From IMG/VR virus record IMGVR_UViG_3300031965_000098, positions 1-35,195 of that record: a stretch of 35,195 bases of DNA; one strand, 5' to 3'. A program made the translations under genes and the position numbers. Of the stretch, positions 15,032 to 24,456 are shown piece after piece. Every line of letters begins with the position of its first letter. The stretch's first letter is position 1. The notes beneath the pieces were generated by a model. That model saw nothing but the letters and a program-made list of their open reading frames with translations. It was not told the DNA's origin and made no database searches. This DNA is from a virus. Its lineage: Duplodnaviria; Caudoviricetes.

Positions 15032-17027
15032 GATTCTCGACGCGGTAAGCGATCCGCGTGTCCGGGAGGTGGTCGCGCAGAAGCCCTCGCAGATCGCCTG
15101 GACGGACGGGGTGCTGATCAACTGGCTCGGCCAGATCGTCGACGAGCGGCCGGCGCCGACCATCGTGCTCTTTCCGGCGGACAAGAAGATCCGCGAGTTC
15201 AACGCCGAGAAGTGGGAGCCCGCGGTCGAGGCGACGCCGGCGCTCGCCGCGAAGCTGGTGACGAAGTCCAGGGCGAAAGAGAATCGGCAGGACTTCAAGG
15301 AATTCGCCGGCGGCTATATCAAGTTCGTCGGCTCTAACTCGCCGGCCAACCTGAAGCAGAGCACGGCGGGCAACCTGGCGGTGGAAGAGCCGGACGACTG
15401 CAACCTGAACATCAAGGGGCAGGGCGATTCCATCACTCTGCTCGAGGAGCGCGGCAAGCGCTACGGGCTCTCGTTCAAGCTGCTCGTGGGCGGGACGCCG
15501 TCGATCGCTGGCGTGTCGTCGGTGGCGGCGCGGATGGAGCAGACGGACAAGCGGATCTGGCTCGTCGCGTGCCACCACTGCGCCCAGGAGGCGCCGCTCA
15601 AGTGGGAGAACGTGCGCTGGTCGCGCGATCCGGCGCGGCAGCACCCGGTGTTTCGCGACGCGCTGCCGGAGACGGCGCGCTACGTTTGCCCGCACTGCGG
15701 CGGCGAATGGACGGACGCCGAGCGCGCGGCGAACATCGAGCGCAGCGGCCGCTGGCAGCCGACGGCGGAGTTCCGCGGCAAGGCCGGCTTCTACATGACC
15801 GAGCTGATGAGCACGCTGCCTGGCGGCGAGCTGCCGATGCTCGTCGGGAAGTACCTGGCGGCGAAGCACGCGCTCGACTCCGAGGGCGACGTGTCGAAGA
15901 TGATCGTCTTCTGGAACCAGACGCTCGGGCTGCCGTGGGAGTACAAGGGCACCGTCGCCGACGTGAAGGACCTCGAGGCGCGGCTCGAGGACTACCCCGA
16001 GTGGTTCGTGCCCTGGGGCGGGCTGGTGCTCACCGTCGGCATCGACGTGCAGCACGGCCGCCTGGTGATCGTGGTGCTCGCCTGGGGCGAGGGCGAGGAG
16101 TGCTGGCTGGTCTGGTTCGGCGAGCTGCACGGCAACGTGCTCGAGGAGGCGGTGTGGGACGAGCTCGAGCGCACGGTGATCTTCCGGCGCTACAAGCACG
16201 TGAACGGCGCCGAGATGGCGATCTCCGCGGTGTCGGTGGACGCCGGCGACGGCCAGACGGCGGACGCGGTCTACAAGTGGGCGCGGCGCGCGAACCGCAA
16301 GTTCGGCGCCGATCGCGTCATGCCGATCCGCGGCTCCACCGTGGAGAGCTCGGAGGTCTTCCGCGCGCCGGCGAAGCCGCTCGACGTGACGGCGACGCAC
16401 AAGGCCGCGAAGTACGGCCTGCGACCCTACATCGTGGGCGTGTCGCGGGCGAAGGACCTGATCCTCGGCGCCGACGAGAAGGCCGGGCGCATCAACCTGC
16501 GCGACGCGAGCGGGGCGACGGGCCATGGGCCCGGGCGCATGCACTGGTATCGCGGGGTGCGGGGCGACTACCTGGACCAGCTCACCGCCGAGGTGAAGGC
16601 GCCGGCGCGCGACGGGCGGCGCGGCGGGCGCCTGGTGAAGCGCTGGCTGGTGAAGGCCGGCAAGGAGAACCACGGCTTGGACGCGACGGTGTACGGCCTG
16701 CACGCGGCGCGCGCGCTCCGAATCGACACGTACTCGGCGGGGCGCTGGGCGGCGCTGCGCGAGCAGATCTTCCAGGGGCATCTTTTCGCGCGGACCGAGC
16801 AGGACGCGGCGCTCGCGCAGGGAACGCCGGCGCCGTCTGCTGGGCTTAGCACTGCGCCTTCGCCAGAGGACGCGGCCGTGGGACCGGAGCAGGCGCCGCC
16901 GCCGTCGGACCGCGTCCAGACATCTGCACAGACCGACCCGCCGGCTGGCATGCGCACCGATCCGGGCCCGAGGGCCGCGGTGCGTCGGCCGGCGCGGCGC
17001 GTGCGCAGCGCCGGCGTCCGACTCTGA
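14874..17027 (+). CDS. Terminase large subunit (lambda GpA family)
   Basis: RTPYLREILD, KPSQIAWT (GpA-type Walker A variant), VEEPD, GGTPS, CHHC/CPHC, LTVGIDVQ, ENHGLDATVY. Confidence 0.95.
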   Translation: MDRATKLITRVAKRWAPPISRSVAAWAEEKRYLSDKSPFPGKYVLSRTPYLREILDAVSDPRVREVVAQKPSQIAWTDGVLINWLGQIVDERPAPTIVLFPADKKIREFNAEKWEPAVEATPALAAKLVTKSRAKENRQDFKEFAGGYIKFVGSNSPANLKQSTAGNLAVEEPDDCNLNIKGQGDSITLLEERGKRYGLSFKLLVGGTPSIAGVSSVAARMEQTDKRIWLVACHHCAQEAPLKWENVRWSRDPARQHPVFRDALPETARYVCPHCGGEWTDAERAANIERSGRWQPTAEFRGKAGFYMTELMSTLPGGELPMLVGKYLAAKHALDSEGDVSKMIVFWNQTLGLPWEYKGTVADVKDLEARLEDYPEWFVPWGGLVLTVGIDVQHGRLVIVVLAWGEGEECWLVWFGELHGNVLEEAVWDELERTVIFRRYKHVNGAEMAISAVSVDAGDGQTADAVYKWARRANRKFGADRVMPIRGSTVESSEVFRAPAKPLDVTATHKAAKYGLRPYIVGVSRAKDLILGADEKAGRINLRDASGATGHGPGRMHWYRGVRGDYLDQLTAEVKAPARDGRRGGRLVKRWLVKAGKENHGLDATVYGLHAARALRIDTYSAGRWAALREQIFQGHLFARTEQDAALAQGTPAPSAGLSTAPSPEDAAVGPEQAPPPSDRVQTSAQTDPPAGMRTDPGPRAAVRRPARRVRSAGVRL

Positions 17028-17037
17028 GGGAGGCTCC

Positions 17038-17259
17038 ATGGCAGGGATCACGCTGACGCAGGCCGAGGCGAAGCTCACGCTATGGATGGCGGCGAATGAC
17101 GCCGTCGCCAGCGGACAGCAGTACACCATCGGCTCGCGCAGCCTCTCGCGCGTCGACGCGGCGGAGATCCGCGAGCAGATCCAGTTCTGGGACGCCAAGG
17201 TGAAGGAGTTGACGCGCGGCACCACGGGCATGCGCATCCGTGGGGGCACGCCGACGTGA
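17038..17259 (+). CDS. Head completion/head-tail joining protein (gpW-like)
   Basis: GQQYTIGSRSLSRVD; lies between terL and portal; GGAGG RBS. Confidence 0.82.
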   Translation: MAGITLTQAEAKLTLWMAANDAVASGQQYTIGSRSLSRVDAAEIREQIQFWDAKVKELTRGTTGMRIRGGTPT

Positions 17260-19106
17260 GCCGCCGGGAGATCCGCGAGGCGCTGGCGAACGCCAAGCCG
17301 AACCTGGTCGATCGCGTCGTCGGCTACTTCAACCCGGTCGCTGGGGCGCAGCGGCTGCGCTCGCGCATGTTCATGGCGGTGGCGGGCGGCTACACGGGCG
17401 GCTCGCGCTCGCGCCGGCAGACCTCCGAGTGGAAGGTCACGAAGAACTCGAGCGCGGACGCCGACACGCTGCCGGACCTTCAGGACCTGCGCGACCGCTC
17501 GCGCGATCTCGCGCGCAACGCGCCGCTCGCGGCGGGCGCGATCGCTGGGGTCGTGACGAACGTCGTGGGCACCGGCCTCGCGCTGCAGTCGCGCGTGGAC
17601 CGCGAAGTCCTCGGCATGAGCGAGGAGCAGGCGGCCGAGTGGCAGAAGCTTGCCGAGCGCGAGTACAACCTGTGGTTCGAGAGCCCGTACTGCGACGCGA
17701 CGCGCACGCTCGACGGCTACGGGCTGCAGGCGCTGGTGTTCCGCGCGTCGCTGGAGAGCGGCGACACGTTCGTGAGCACGCCGATGCGCAAGCTCGCCGG
17801 CATGCCCTACGAGCTCACGCTGCAGGTGTTCGAGGCCGACCAGGTCTCGAACCCGAGGCTCGCGATGGACACCGAGCGGCTCGCCGGCGGCGTCGAGCTG
17901 GACGACTTCCGCGCGCCGATCGCGTACCACTTCCGGCGCTCGCATCCGGGCGCGCTGCAGGGCGTGTCGATGGACTGGGACCGGGTGGCCGCCTTCGGCA
18001 CGCTCACCGGGCGGCGCCAGGTGATCCACCCGTACACGAAGCTGCGGCCCGGGCAGACGCGCGGCGTGCCGTACCTCGCGCCGGTGATCGAGACGCTAAA
18101 GATGCTCGATCGCTACACCGAGGCCGAGTTGATGGCTGCGGTGGTGGCCGGGATGTTCACCGTGTTCGTGGAAAGCGAGCGCGGCGGGCTCGATCCGAAC
18201 GACCCGAGCGGCATCGGCGGGGAGACGGGTTCGCAGGCCTCCGACAAGGACGTGAAGCTCGGCGCCGGCGCCATCGTGGACCTGAACACGGGCGAGAAGA
18301 TCAGCACCGCGAATCCGGGGCGCCCGAACCAGGCCTTCGACGGCTTCGTCGATTCGCTCTGCGGATTTGTCGGCCTCGCGCTCGAGCTGCCGAAAGAAGT
18401 CCTGCTCAAGAGCTTCATCTCGAGCTACAGCGCTTCGCGCGCAGCGCTTCTCGAGGCGTGGAAGTTCTTCCGCGGCCGGCGGGCGTGGCTGGCGTCGACG
18501 TTCTGCAACCCGGTGTACGAGGCCTGGATGGACGAGGCCGTGGCCAAGGGGCGCATCGCGGCGCCGGGTTACTTCACCGATCCGCTCATGCGGCGCGCGT
18601 ACCTGGGCGCCGAGTGGGTCGGCGACGGGCCGATCAGCGTCGATCCGGTGAAGGATGTGGAAGCCGCGAAGGCGCGCATCGAACTCGGCATCAGCACGCG
18701 GCAGAAGGAAAGCGCGCTGCACGACGGCGGCGACTGGGAGAAGAACCACGAACAGCTCGCGAAAGAGGAGAAGCGGCGCAAGGCGGACGGGCTGAAGGCG
18801 GAGGCGCCGAAGATGCTGCCGGCGCCGAAAGCTCCCGGTGCACCGCCGGCGGGAGGACAGCCCGGCGGCACGGACGAAGAGGGCGCGGATCGGGGCGAGG
18901 GCGGCGGAGACACCGAGCGGCGCGAGGACGAAGCCGGGGCGCTGGCCGGGACTCTGGCCGCGCTGGGCGAGGTGACGAAAGCCTTGCAGGCGAGCGCCGT
19001 GAAACCGATCAATCTGTACCACGGCCGCCCGGCGCAGGCGTGGAGCTTCGAAACCGATGCTGCTGGCGTAACCACCGCGAGGCCGATCGAGGAGGCCAAG
19101 CCATGA
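17256..19106 (+). CDS. Portal protein (lambda family) with a C-terminal extension
   Basis: LRDRSRDLARNAPLA, NVVGTGL, GGVELD, RPGQTRGVPYLAPV, SSYSASRAALLE, VDPVKDV. Confidence 0.95.
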   Translation: MSRREIREALANAKPNLVDRVVGYFNPVAGAQRLRSRMFMAVAGGYTGGSRSRRQTSEWKVTKNSSADADTLPDLQDLRDRSRDLARNAPLAAGAIAGVVTNVVGTGLALQSRVDREVLGMSEEQAAEWQKLAEREYNLWFESPYCDATRTLDGYGLQALVFRASLESGDTFVSTPMRKLAGMPYELTLQVFEADQVSNPRLAMDTERLAGGVELDDFRAPIAYHFRRSHPGALQGVSMDWDRVAAFGTLTGRRQVIHPYTKLRPGQTRGVPYLAPVIETLKMLDRYTEAELMAAVVAGMFTVFVESERGGLDPNDPSGIGGETGSQASDKDVKLGAGAIVDLNTGEKISTANPGRPNQAFDGFVDSLCGFVGLALELPKEVLLKSFISSYSASRAALLEAWKFFRGRRAWLASTFCNPVYEAWMDEAVAKGRIAAPGYFTDPLMRRAYLGAEWVGDGPISVDPVKDVEAAKARIELGISTRQKESALHDGGDWEKNHEQLAKEEKRRKADGLKAEAPKMLPAPKAPGAPPAGGQPGGTDEEGADRGEGGGDTERREDEAGALAGTLAALGEVTKALQASAVKPINLYHGRPAQAWSFETDAAGVTTARPIEEAKP

Positions 19107-19492
19107 GCGGACGCTATGACAGAGCCCGCGAGGAATTCGGCAAGGGCGCGCTCTCCTGGACGAAGCAACGGATCGTCGCGCAATTGCTGTCGAGAGAGTA
19201 CGTGTTCAGCGCGGCACATACCGATCGGCGAGATCTCCGGGGATTGATTGGCAACGCGCTCGAGCTGACCCATCTTCAGATCCCGAACGGCTGGGCACGG
19301 TGCGCGAATCTCGTGTTCCGGGAAGTGCGCGGCCAGGCCCCCGTGGTCGCCATCGTGTTCCGGCGCGAAGCCCCCGAGGAGAAGGACAAGACGCTGATCG
19401 CCTACATCGACCAGGTCAGCGGCTTTCCAATGATGCCGAACGGCGGCGACATTCTGGTGGATACGCCGGACCCCGGGTTTTTCAGAATCTGA
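19103..19492 (+). CDS. Putative virion structural protein (129 aa)
   Basis: GGAGG RBS and ATGA overlap with portal; LIAYIDQVSGFPMMPNGGDI..GFFRI C-terminus resembles small phage fibre-associated proteins. Confidence 0.7.
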   Translation: MSGRYDRAREEFGKGALSWTKQRIVAQLLSREYVFSAAHTDRRDLRGLIGNALELTHLQIPNGWARCANLVFREVRGQAPVVAIVFRREAPEEKDKTLIAYIDQVSGFPMMPNGGDILVDTPDPGFFRI

Positions 19493-19511
19493 TCAGAAAG
19501 GAGAATGACCA

Positions 19512-19952
19512 ATGAGCGCAACTAACGCTTTTGAAACCTCTTTGCTGGGTCTTATCATCACTAACGCTGCAGCCCTGAACGTAGGCGATGCGGGCGGCTT
19601 GCTACCCTCTGCTGCTGCCGGCGTGTTCTGGATATCTCTGTGTACCGCGAGTCCGGGGGAAACCGGGGACCAGACCACGAACGAGACGGTCTACACCAAC
19701 TATGCTCGTCAAGACGAGGCGCGCAACACGACGCAGTGGACGGTGACGGGAAACACGGCGGACAACGACAATGCCGTTGGGTTCCCGCAATGCGGTGCCA
19801 CGGGCGCCACGCTGACGGACTTCGGCTTGGGCTCGGCTTCGACCGCGGCAGGCAACCTGTTCCTGTTTGGGGCGCTTACGGCTTCTCTTGTGGTCTCGAA
19901 CGGCGTCACGCCCTCGTTCGCGGCGGGCGCGCTCGACATCACGCTCGACTAG
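19512..19952 (+). CDS. Putative fibre-associated structural protein (146 aa)
   Basis: AGGAG RBS; SLCTASPGETG..NE..YTNYAR..FPQC..G+TPSFAAGAL pattern seen in small phage tail-fibre-annotated proteins. Confidence 0.75.
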   Translation: MSATNAFETSLLGLIITNAAALNVGDAGGLLPSAAAGVFWISLCTASPGETGDQTTNETVYTNYARQDEARNTTQWTVTGNTADNDNAVGFPQCGATGATLTDFGLGSASTAAGNLFLFGALTASLVVSNGVTPSFAAGALDITLD

Positions 19953-19954
19953 CA

Positions 19955-20206
19955 ATGGTCGCCATCGTCAACAACAATCTGCTCAAGCGCGAGCACATCG
20001 CGGTTGAGAGCGAGGGCGATCTTGTCGTCATGCATCTCGGCAACGTAACGGTGAAGCTGCCCTATGGAACCGCGCTGTTGCTGTCGCAATGGATACGGAT
20101 GCGCGCGAAGGAAGCGAAACGCCGCGCGGGCGATGTTTCGCGGCATTGGAGCGTGATCGGCACGCTGCATGATGCGTCGCGCGGGCCTGACGTGACGAGG
20201 GGCTAA
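19955..20206 (+). CDS. Hypothetical protein (83 aa)
   Basis: ATG 2 nt after the previous stop; MVAIVNNNLLKREHIAVESEGDLVVMHLGN... Confidence 0.6.
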   Translation: MVAIVNNNLLKREHIAVESEGDLVVMHLGNVTVKLPYGTALLLSQWIRMRAKEAKRRAGDVSRHWSVIGTLHDASRGPDVTRG

Positions 20207-20230
20207 AGTGGTCTGCTAAAAAGACTGAGG

Positions 20231-20566
20231 ATGCAAGTCATCACTTTGCATTACGCGCGCCCGCCGTCTATCGGGACGTGCGTTGTTGATTGCGGTGCGA
20301 AGTGCTGCCGTGCGCCGGGGCACGTCGTAGTCACCGAGGCAGAGGCGCAAGTGCTCCGCGCGCTCGACAAGCGCGGGCGGGTGCGGTTCGTCAAGCATGA
20401 GAAGCGCGGCATGCTGGCGATGAACTTCAAGGAGCATTGCGTGTTCCTTAACCAGCAGACGAACCTTTGCACGATCTACGCGCGCCGCCCCGAGGGGTGC
20501 AGGAGGTTTCCGACGCGGCCCGTCGTCGATTGCCTCGTCTGGCCCATCGAAGAGGAGAGGTGCTGA
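20231..20566 (+). CDS. YkgJ-family (CxxCxxCC) zinc/iron-chelating protein
   Basis: CVVDCGAKCCR...CVFL..NLCTIYARRPEGCRRFP signature. Confidence 0.88.
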   Translation: MQVITLHYARPPSIGTCVVDCGAKCCRAPGHVVVTEAEAQVLRALDKRGRVRFVKHEKRGMLAMNFKEHCVFLNQQTNLCTIYARRPEGCRRFPTRPVVDCLVWPIEEERC

Positions 20567-20567
20567 G

Positions 20568-21173
20568 ATGCCCCTGATCAACATGGATGACCCTGCCGAG
20601 TGGGACGGCATGTATGAGGTGCCGCGCGACGACGGCACAGGCAGGGGTCATTTCGAGATCGCGTGCAAGCGCCACATCGTGGCGGTCTCGAACGCCGAGG
20701 GGATCATCGCCGCCCTCGGCCTCAACGCGACGCACAAGATCGCCATGATCGGGGCGGGCTTCGGCTGGATGGCGAAGGATGTCGCTGAGCTTTCCGGCGC
20801 GGTGGTGGCGGCGGTGGACACCTCGACCTACATCCAGACGCGGAAGGCGACCGACGCGGAGATCGAGATTCTGAACGCCGACGTGTCAGCGGGCTCCGGC
20901 AGGGCGGCGCTGCGACAGGCTCTTGGCATCACCGGCAACAGCAAGGCGTCGTTCATGATCACCGAGGACGTGCTGACGATCCTAACCGACGCGGAGTGCG
21001 CGCAGCTCTCGGCGTTACTGCACAACCTCTCTACGGTGGTGGTGCACTGGCTGACCGTCAAGGATCAGGGTTTCGGTCAAGACCCGCGCATGAACTGGAA
21101 AACTCCGGCGCAGTGGAAGGCGCTGCTTCCTAACGATCTGTTCATCCAGCGCAGCGGAGCCGTGGTGCTGTGA
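20568..21173 (+). CDS. Class I SAM-dependent methyltransferase-like protein
   Basis: IAMIGAGFGW (motif I), AAVDTS (motif II), LNADV (motif III), ITEDVL (motif IV-like). Confidence 0.6.
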   Translation: MPLINMDDPAEWDGMYEVPRDDGTGRGHFEIACKRHIVAVSNAEGIIAALGLNATHKIAMIGAGFGWMAKDVAELSGAVVAAVDTSTYIQTRKATDAEIEILNADVSAGSGRAALRQALGITGNSKASFMITEDVLTILTDAECAQLSALLHNLSTVVVHWLTVKDQGFGQDPRMNWKTPAQWKALLPNDLFIQRSGAVVL

Positions 21174-24100
21174 GCAATCCGACCTCGCTCGGGTTGCAAA
21201 TACCACTCACCGCCTCGGCCGCAGCGGATAGGCTGGTTGTCGGCTTTAGTAAAGATTCCGCTTGGCTTCTTATGTATTCGGCGGACGGCGAGTCGTTCAC
21301 GCAGGTCAGTTCTGCGATTACAAGCGCTGGTGGGTCCAGTATTGACATTGCCAACGACGGCACTGATTTCCTTGCCGTCAAGCGAGACAGCACTGGCGTC
21401 CCATACGCAAGACCATTCACCTGGTCCACGAAGACGTGGGGAACCGAGGCGATTGTCACCTCGATTTCAAATGATGCGACAGCGTTTGATGCAAAGATCG
21501 TTCGCCGCGCCTCGGATTATGTCGTCCTTCACAACGACAATTCAGTAAAGATCAAGGGGACGGCTTATTCCCGCGTGGCGGTCAGCTACGGTGCTCCGGG
21601 TGGATGGACGAAGGTATCGAGCGGCGTCAACAACGGCGATGCCTTAAATGCTCTAGGTCTCGGAATCGTTGTCGCCGCCAATGGTCGGTGCCACGTCGGT
21701 ATTGAGTACAACGGGGCCTTCCACACCACAAGGCAATTCAGAACAGATAATACGTGGACGGGCACAGACACCGGTAATTGGATCTCTTCAGGCTCAGGGA
21801 GTGGATACACAAATCAGGGATTGTGGGGAGCGCTCAATTCAGGCGGTAATGAATACATCACGGTCGCTACCTACGCACTGGTTACGAACGTAGTTAGTCA
21901 AGCGCAGAGTCAAGACAGCACAACTTGGGGAAACAAAACTACCGTTTCTTCCAGTCGCTACCAAGCCTGCGGAGTCCTTTCAGGTGCATTCAGGGCCTTC
22001 GGCGTAGACACCACCGACAACGCCATCGAGCATCGCGAATCGACTGATGGCGGCGTCAACTGGAGTGCGAGCGACCAGACCTTCGCGGACAGCACTGCGC
22101 TGGGTCACAACCCAGCATCGTCGTCTGCGATCCGCGCGGCTGGCTGGACCATCGGCGGCGCGGATACTTGGAGCGTCGTCTACCTCGGCCCGACCAGCAC
22201 GTACTACCACTACTACGTCACGGCCGGGGGTGGTGGTGCCATTGCCGGCAGTACGGCCCTCGCATTTTCTAACGCAGCATCGCTGCTTGGCTCCGGCGCG
22301 CTCTCCGGGGCTGCGGCGCAAGCCTTCACCGATAGCGCAGTCCTGACAGGGCAAGGGGCACTCGCTGGTGTTGCCGCCTTTGCGTTCGCCGATACCGCGG
22401 CACTAGTCGCGAGTGGCGCCTTAACAGGCTCAGCAGATCAGGCGTTCAGCAATGCCGCAACACTCCTCGGGGCAGGGGAGCTTGCCGGGACGAGTGCTGC
22501 TGTTTTCGGTGGCGACGCGACGCTAGCTGGAGCCGGGGCACTCAGCGGCACCGTTGGGCTCGCGTTCGCGAACACCGGCACCCTGGAGGTGCCGGTTTCC
22601 GAAATTGCTGGCGTAGCCTCTGTCGCGTTCACGAATACAGCGGCACTCGGCGGCACTGGCGCCTTGCTCGGTTCCGCGGCGGTAGCGTTTGCGAATACCG
22701 CCACGCTGCTCGCGAATGGTGCCCTGACCGGCTCTGCGGATCAGGCGTTCAGTAATGCCGCTGTGCTGATCGGCGATGGCGCGCTGGCAGGAGCTGCCGC
22801 GTTGGTCTTCGCGGACAGCGCGGCGCTGCTCGGGGCTGGGCAACTCTCCGGTTCGGCCCCAGTCGCGTTTTCCGAAGCAGCGGCCCTGCTCGGGGCTGGG
22901 GCACTCACAGGCGAAGCTACTATCGTCTTCACGGGCACCGGCACGGCGCTCGGAGCGGGTGCCCTTGTTGGAGCGGCGAATCTCGCTTTCACGAACGCCG
23001 CCGCGCTTATAGCAGACGGCGTGCTCCTTGGCAGCGCAGCGCTTGCCTTCAGCAACACGGCTGCCTTGACTGGCTCCGTGGCACTTGTTGGTTCTGCGGC
23101 GATCACTTTTGCCAACTCTGCAACGATGCTGGGTGCGGGCGCGCTGGCGGGGAGTTCAGCGCTCGCTTTTGCGAACCTCGCGCTCCTGGAGGCCGACGGG
23201 GCGCTCGCGGGCCTGAGCGCTCTGAGCTTCTCCGCGAGCGGGACTCTTGATCTGCCTTCGGGCGCGATGGAAGGGGCCGCAAGTTTCGCGTTCACGAACG
23301 CCGGCACGGCGCTCGGAGCCGGGGCTCTCGTCGGCAGCGCAGCGGCTAGCTTCTCGAATACCGCCGCGCTTGTCGGAGAGGGAGCGTTGCTTGGTTCTGC
23401 GGCGCTGGCGTTTACGGACACTGCTGCGCTTGTTGGAGACGGACCGCTTGCAGGCTCCGGCGCGATCGTCTTCGCGGACAGCGCCACGCTGCTCGGCGAT
23501 GGGCAACTCTCCGGCTCGGCGCCGCTCGCGTTCGCGGACGTGGCTGTCCTGCTCGGCGCTGGTGCGCTCACTGGCGAAACTACCGCCACCTTCACGAACA
23601 CTGGCACGGTGCTCGGGGTTGGGGCTCTGCTCGGCACCGCAGAGCTTGCCTTTGCCGGAAGCACCACTCTGTCCGGCGTTGGTGGCCTCTCGGGCGCTGC
23701 GGCGGCTAGCTTCTCGAATGCGGCGGTCCTGCTGGGTAAGGGCTCGCTTGTTGGCGCGGCGGATCTAGCTCTCTCCAACACGGCAGCGCTGATTGGTGCT
23801 GGAGCGCTTCTGGGCTCCGCAGCCCAGGCGTTTACTAACACTGCGGCGCTTACTGGCGACGGTGCCCTTGCTGGGGCAACAGATTTAGCCTTCACAAACG
23901 TTGCGGTGCTGGCTGGCGCTGGCGAGTTGGCGGGTCAGACGCTGCTTGCGTTCAGCAACAGCGGCACGCTCGAGCTGCCGAGCGGGGCGATTGCAGGCAC
24001 AGCGAGCCTGGCGTTCTCAACGGATGCGACGCTTGTCGCGAAGGGCGCGCTCAGTGGAGTCGCAGCCCTCGAGTTTTCGGCGCAGGCCACGCTGGTGCCA

Positions 24101-24439
24101 ACGGTCGCGGTTCAGGTGCCCAGCGGCGGCCGGCCCGCGCGAGCGGTGCTCGAGTTCGGTCAGCGGATTCGCCGCCGCGCGATCGCCAAGCCGTTGCGAG
24201 AGGAAGACAAGTTCGGCCGCCTTGTGGCGCGTCAGACGGCGCCGATGCCGGCCGTGCGGTTTGTCGCGGCGTTTGCGGACGCCGGCGAGGATCACTTCGC
24301 AGCGGCGCGCGCGAAGAGCCGCTCGTATGTGCGGTGTGTTCCGATGGCGGAAGAACCGATGAGCCTCGGGAGCGGAAGAGGACGCCGCGGCCTACCGAGT
24401 CGTGCGCAGCTCGAGTGGTTCCTCAGAGAAGCAGCGTGA
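21170..24439 (+). CDS. Large fibre/adhesin-like protein: N-terminal beta-rich Asp-box domain, 31 x ~20-aa repeats, basic C-terminal tail
   Basis: STDGGVNWS Asp-box; S/T/G/W-rich first ~350 aa; repeat consensus ALxGxAxxAFxNxAxLxGxG. Confidence 0.8.
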   Translation: MSNPTSLGLQIPLTASAAADRLVVGFSKDSAWLLMYSADGESFTQVSSAITSAGGSSIDIANDGTDFLAVKRDSTGVPYARPFTWSTKTWGTEAIVTSISNDATAFDAKIVRRASDYVVLHNDNSVKIKGTAYSRVAVSYGAPGGWTKVSSGVNNGDALNALGLGIVVAANGRCHVGIEYNGAFHTTRQFRTDNTWTGTDTGNWISSGSGSGYTNQGLWGALNSGGNEYITVATYALVTNVVSQAQSQDSTTWGNKTTVSSSRYQACGVLSGAFRAFGVDTTDNAIEHRESTDGGVNWSASDQTFADSTALGHNPASSSAIRAAGWTIGGADTWSVVYLGPTSTYYHYYVTAGGGGAIAGSTALAFSNAASLLGSGALSGAAAQAFTDSAVLTGQGALAGVAAFAFADTAALVASGALTGSADQAFSNAATLLGAGELAGTSAAVFGGDATLAGAGALSGTVGLAFANTGTLEVPVSEIAGVASVAFTNTAALGGTGALLGSAAVAFANTATLLANGALTGSADQAFSNAAVLIGDGALAGAAALVFADSAALLGAGQLSGSAPVAFSEAAALLGAGALTGEATIVFTGTGTALGAGALVGAANLAFTNAAALIADGVLLGSAALAFSNTAALTGSVALVGSAAITFANSATMLGAGALAGSSALAFANLALLEADGALAGLSALSFSASGTLDLPSGAMEGAASFAFTNAGTALGAGALVGSAAASFSNTAALVGEGALLGSAALAFTDTAALVGDGPLAGSGAIVFADSATLLGDGQLSGSAPLAFADVAVLLGAGALTGETTATFTNTGTVLGVGALLGTAELAFAGSTTLSGVGGLSGAAAASFSNAAVLLGKGSLVGAADLALSNTAALIGAGALLGSAAQAFTNTAALTGDGALAGATDLAFTNVAVLAGAGELAGQTLLAFSNSGTLELPSGAIAGTASLAFSTDATLVAKGALSGVAALEFSAQATLVPTVAVQVPSGGRPARAVLEFGQRIRRRAIAKPLREEDKFGRLVARQTAPMPAVRFVAAFADAGEDHFAAARAKSRSYVRCVPMAEEPMSLGSGRGRRGLPSRAQLEWFLREAA
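22238..24106 (+). repeat. Degenerate 60-bp coding repeat array (31 units)
   Basis: Counted in the translation from AIAGSTALAF to ALSGVAALEF; units 6, 17 and 29 are 21-aa Pro-containing variants. Confidence 0.88.
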
Positions 24440-24456
24440 ATTTCGGAGGTTGAACG

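Noticed and set aside
15009-18029. 1006-aa antisense ORF (and similar long ORFs at 10196-11833, 24292-25956, 30784-32919)
   Set aside because: Shadow frames opposite well-supported genes in high-GC DNA; no recognisable motifs.
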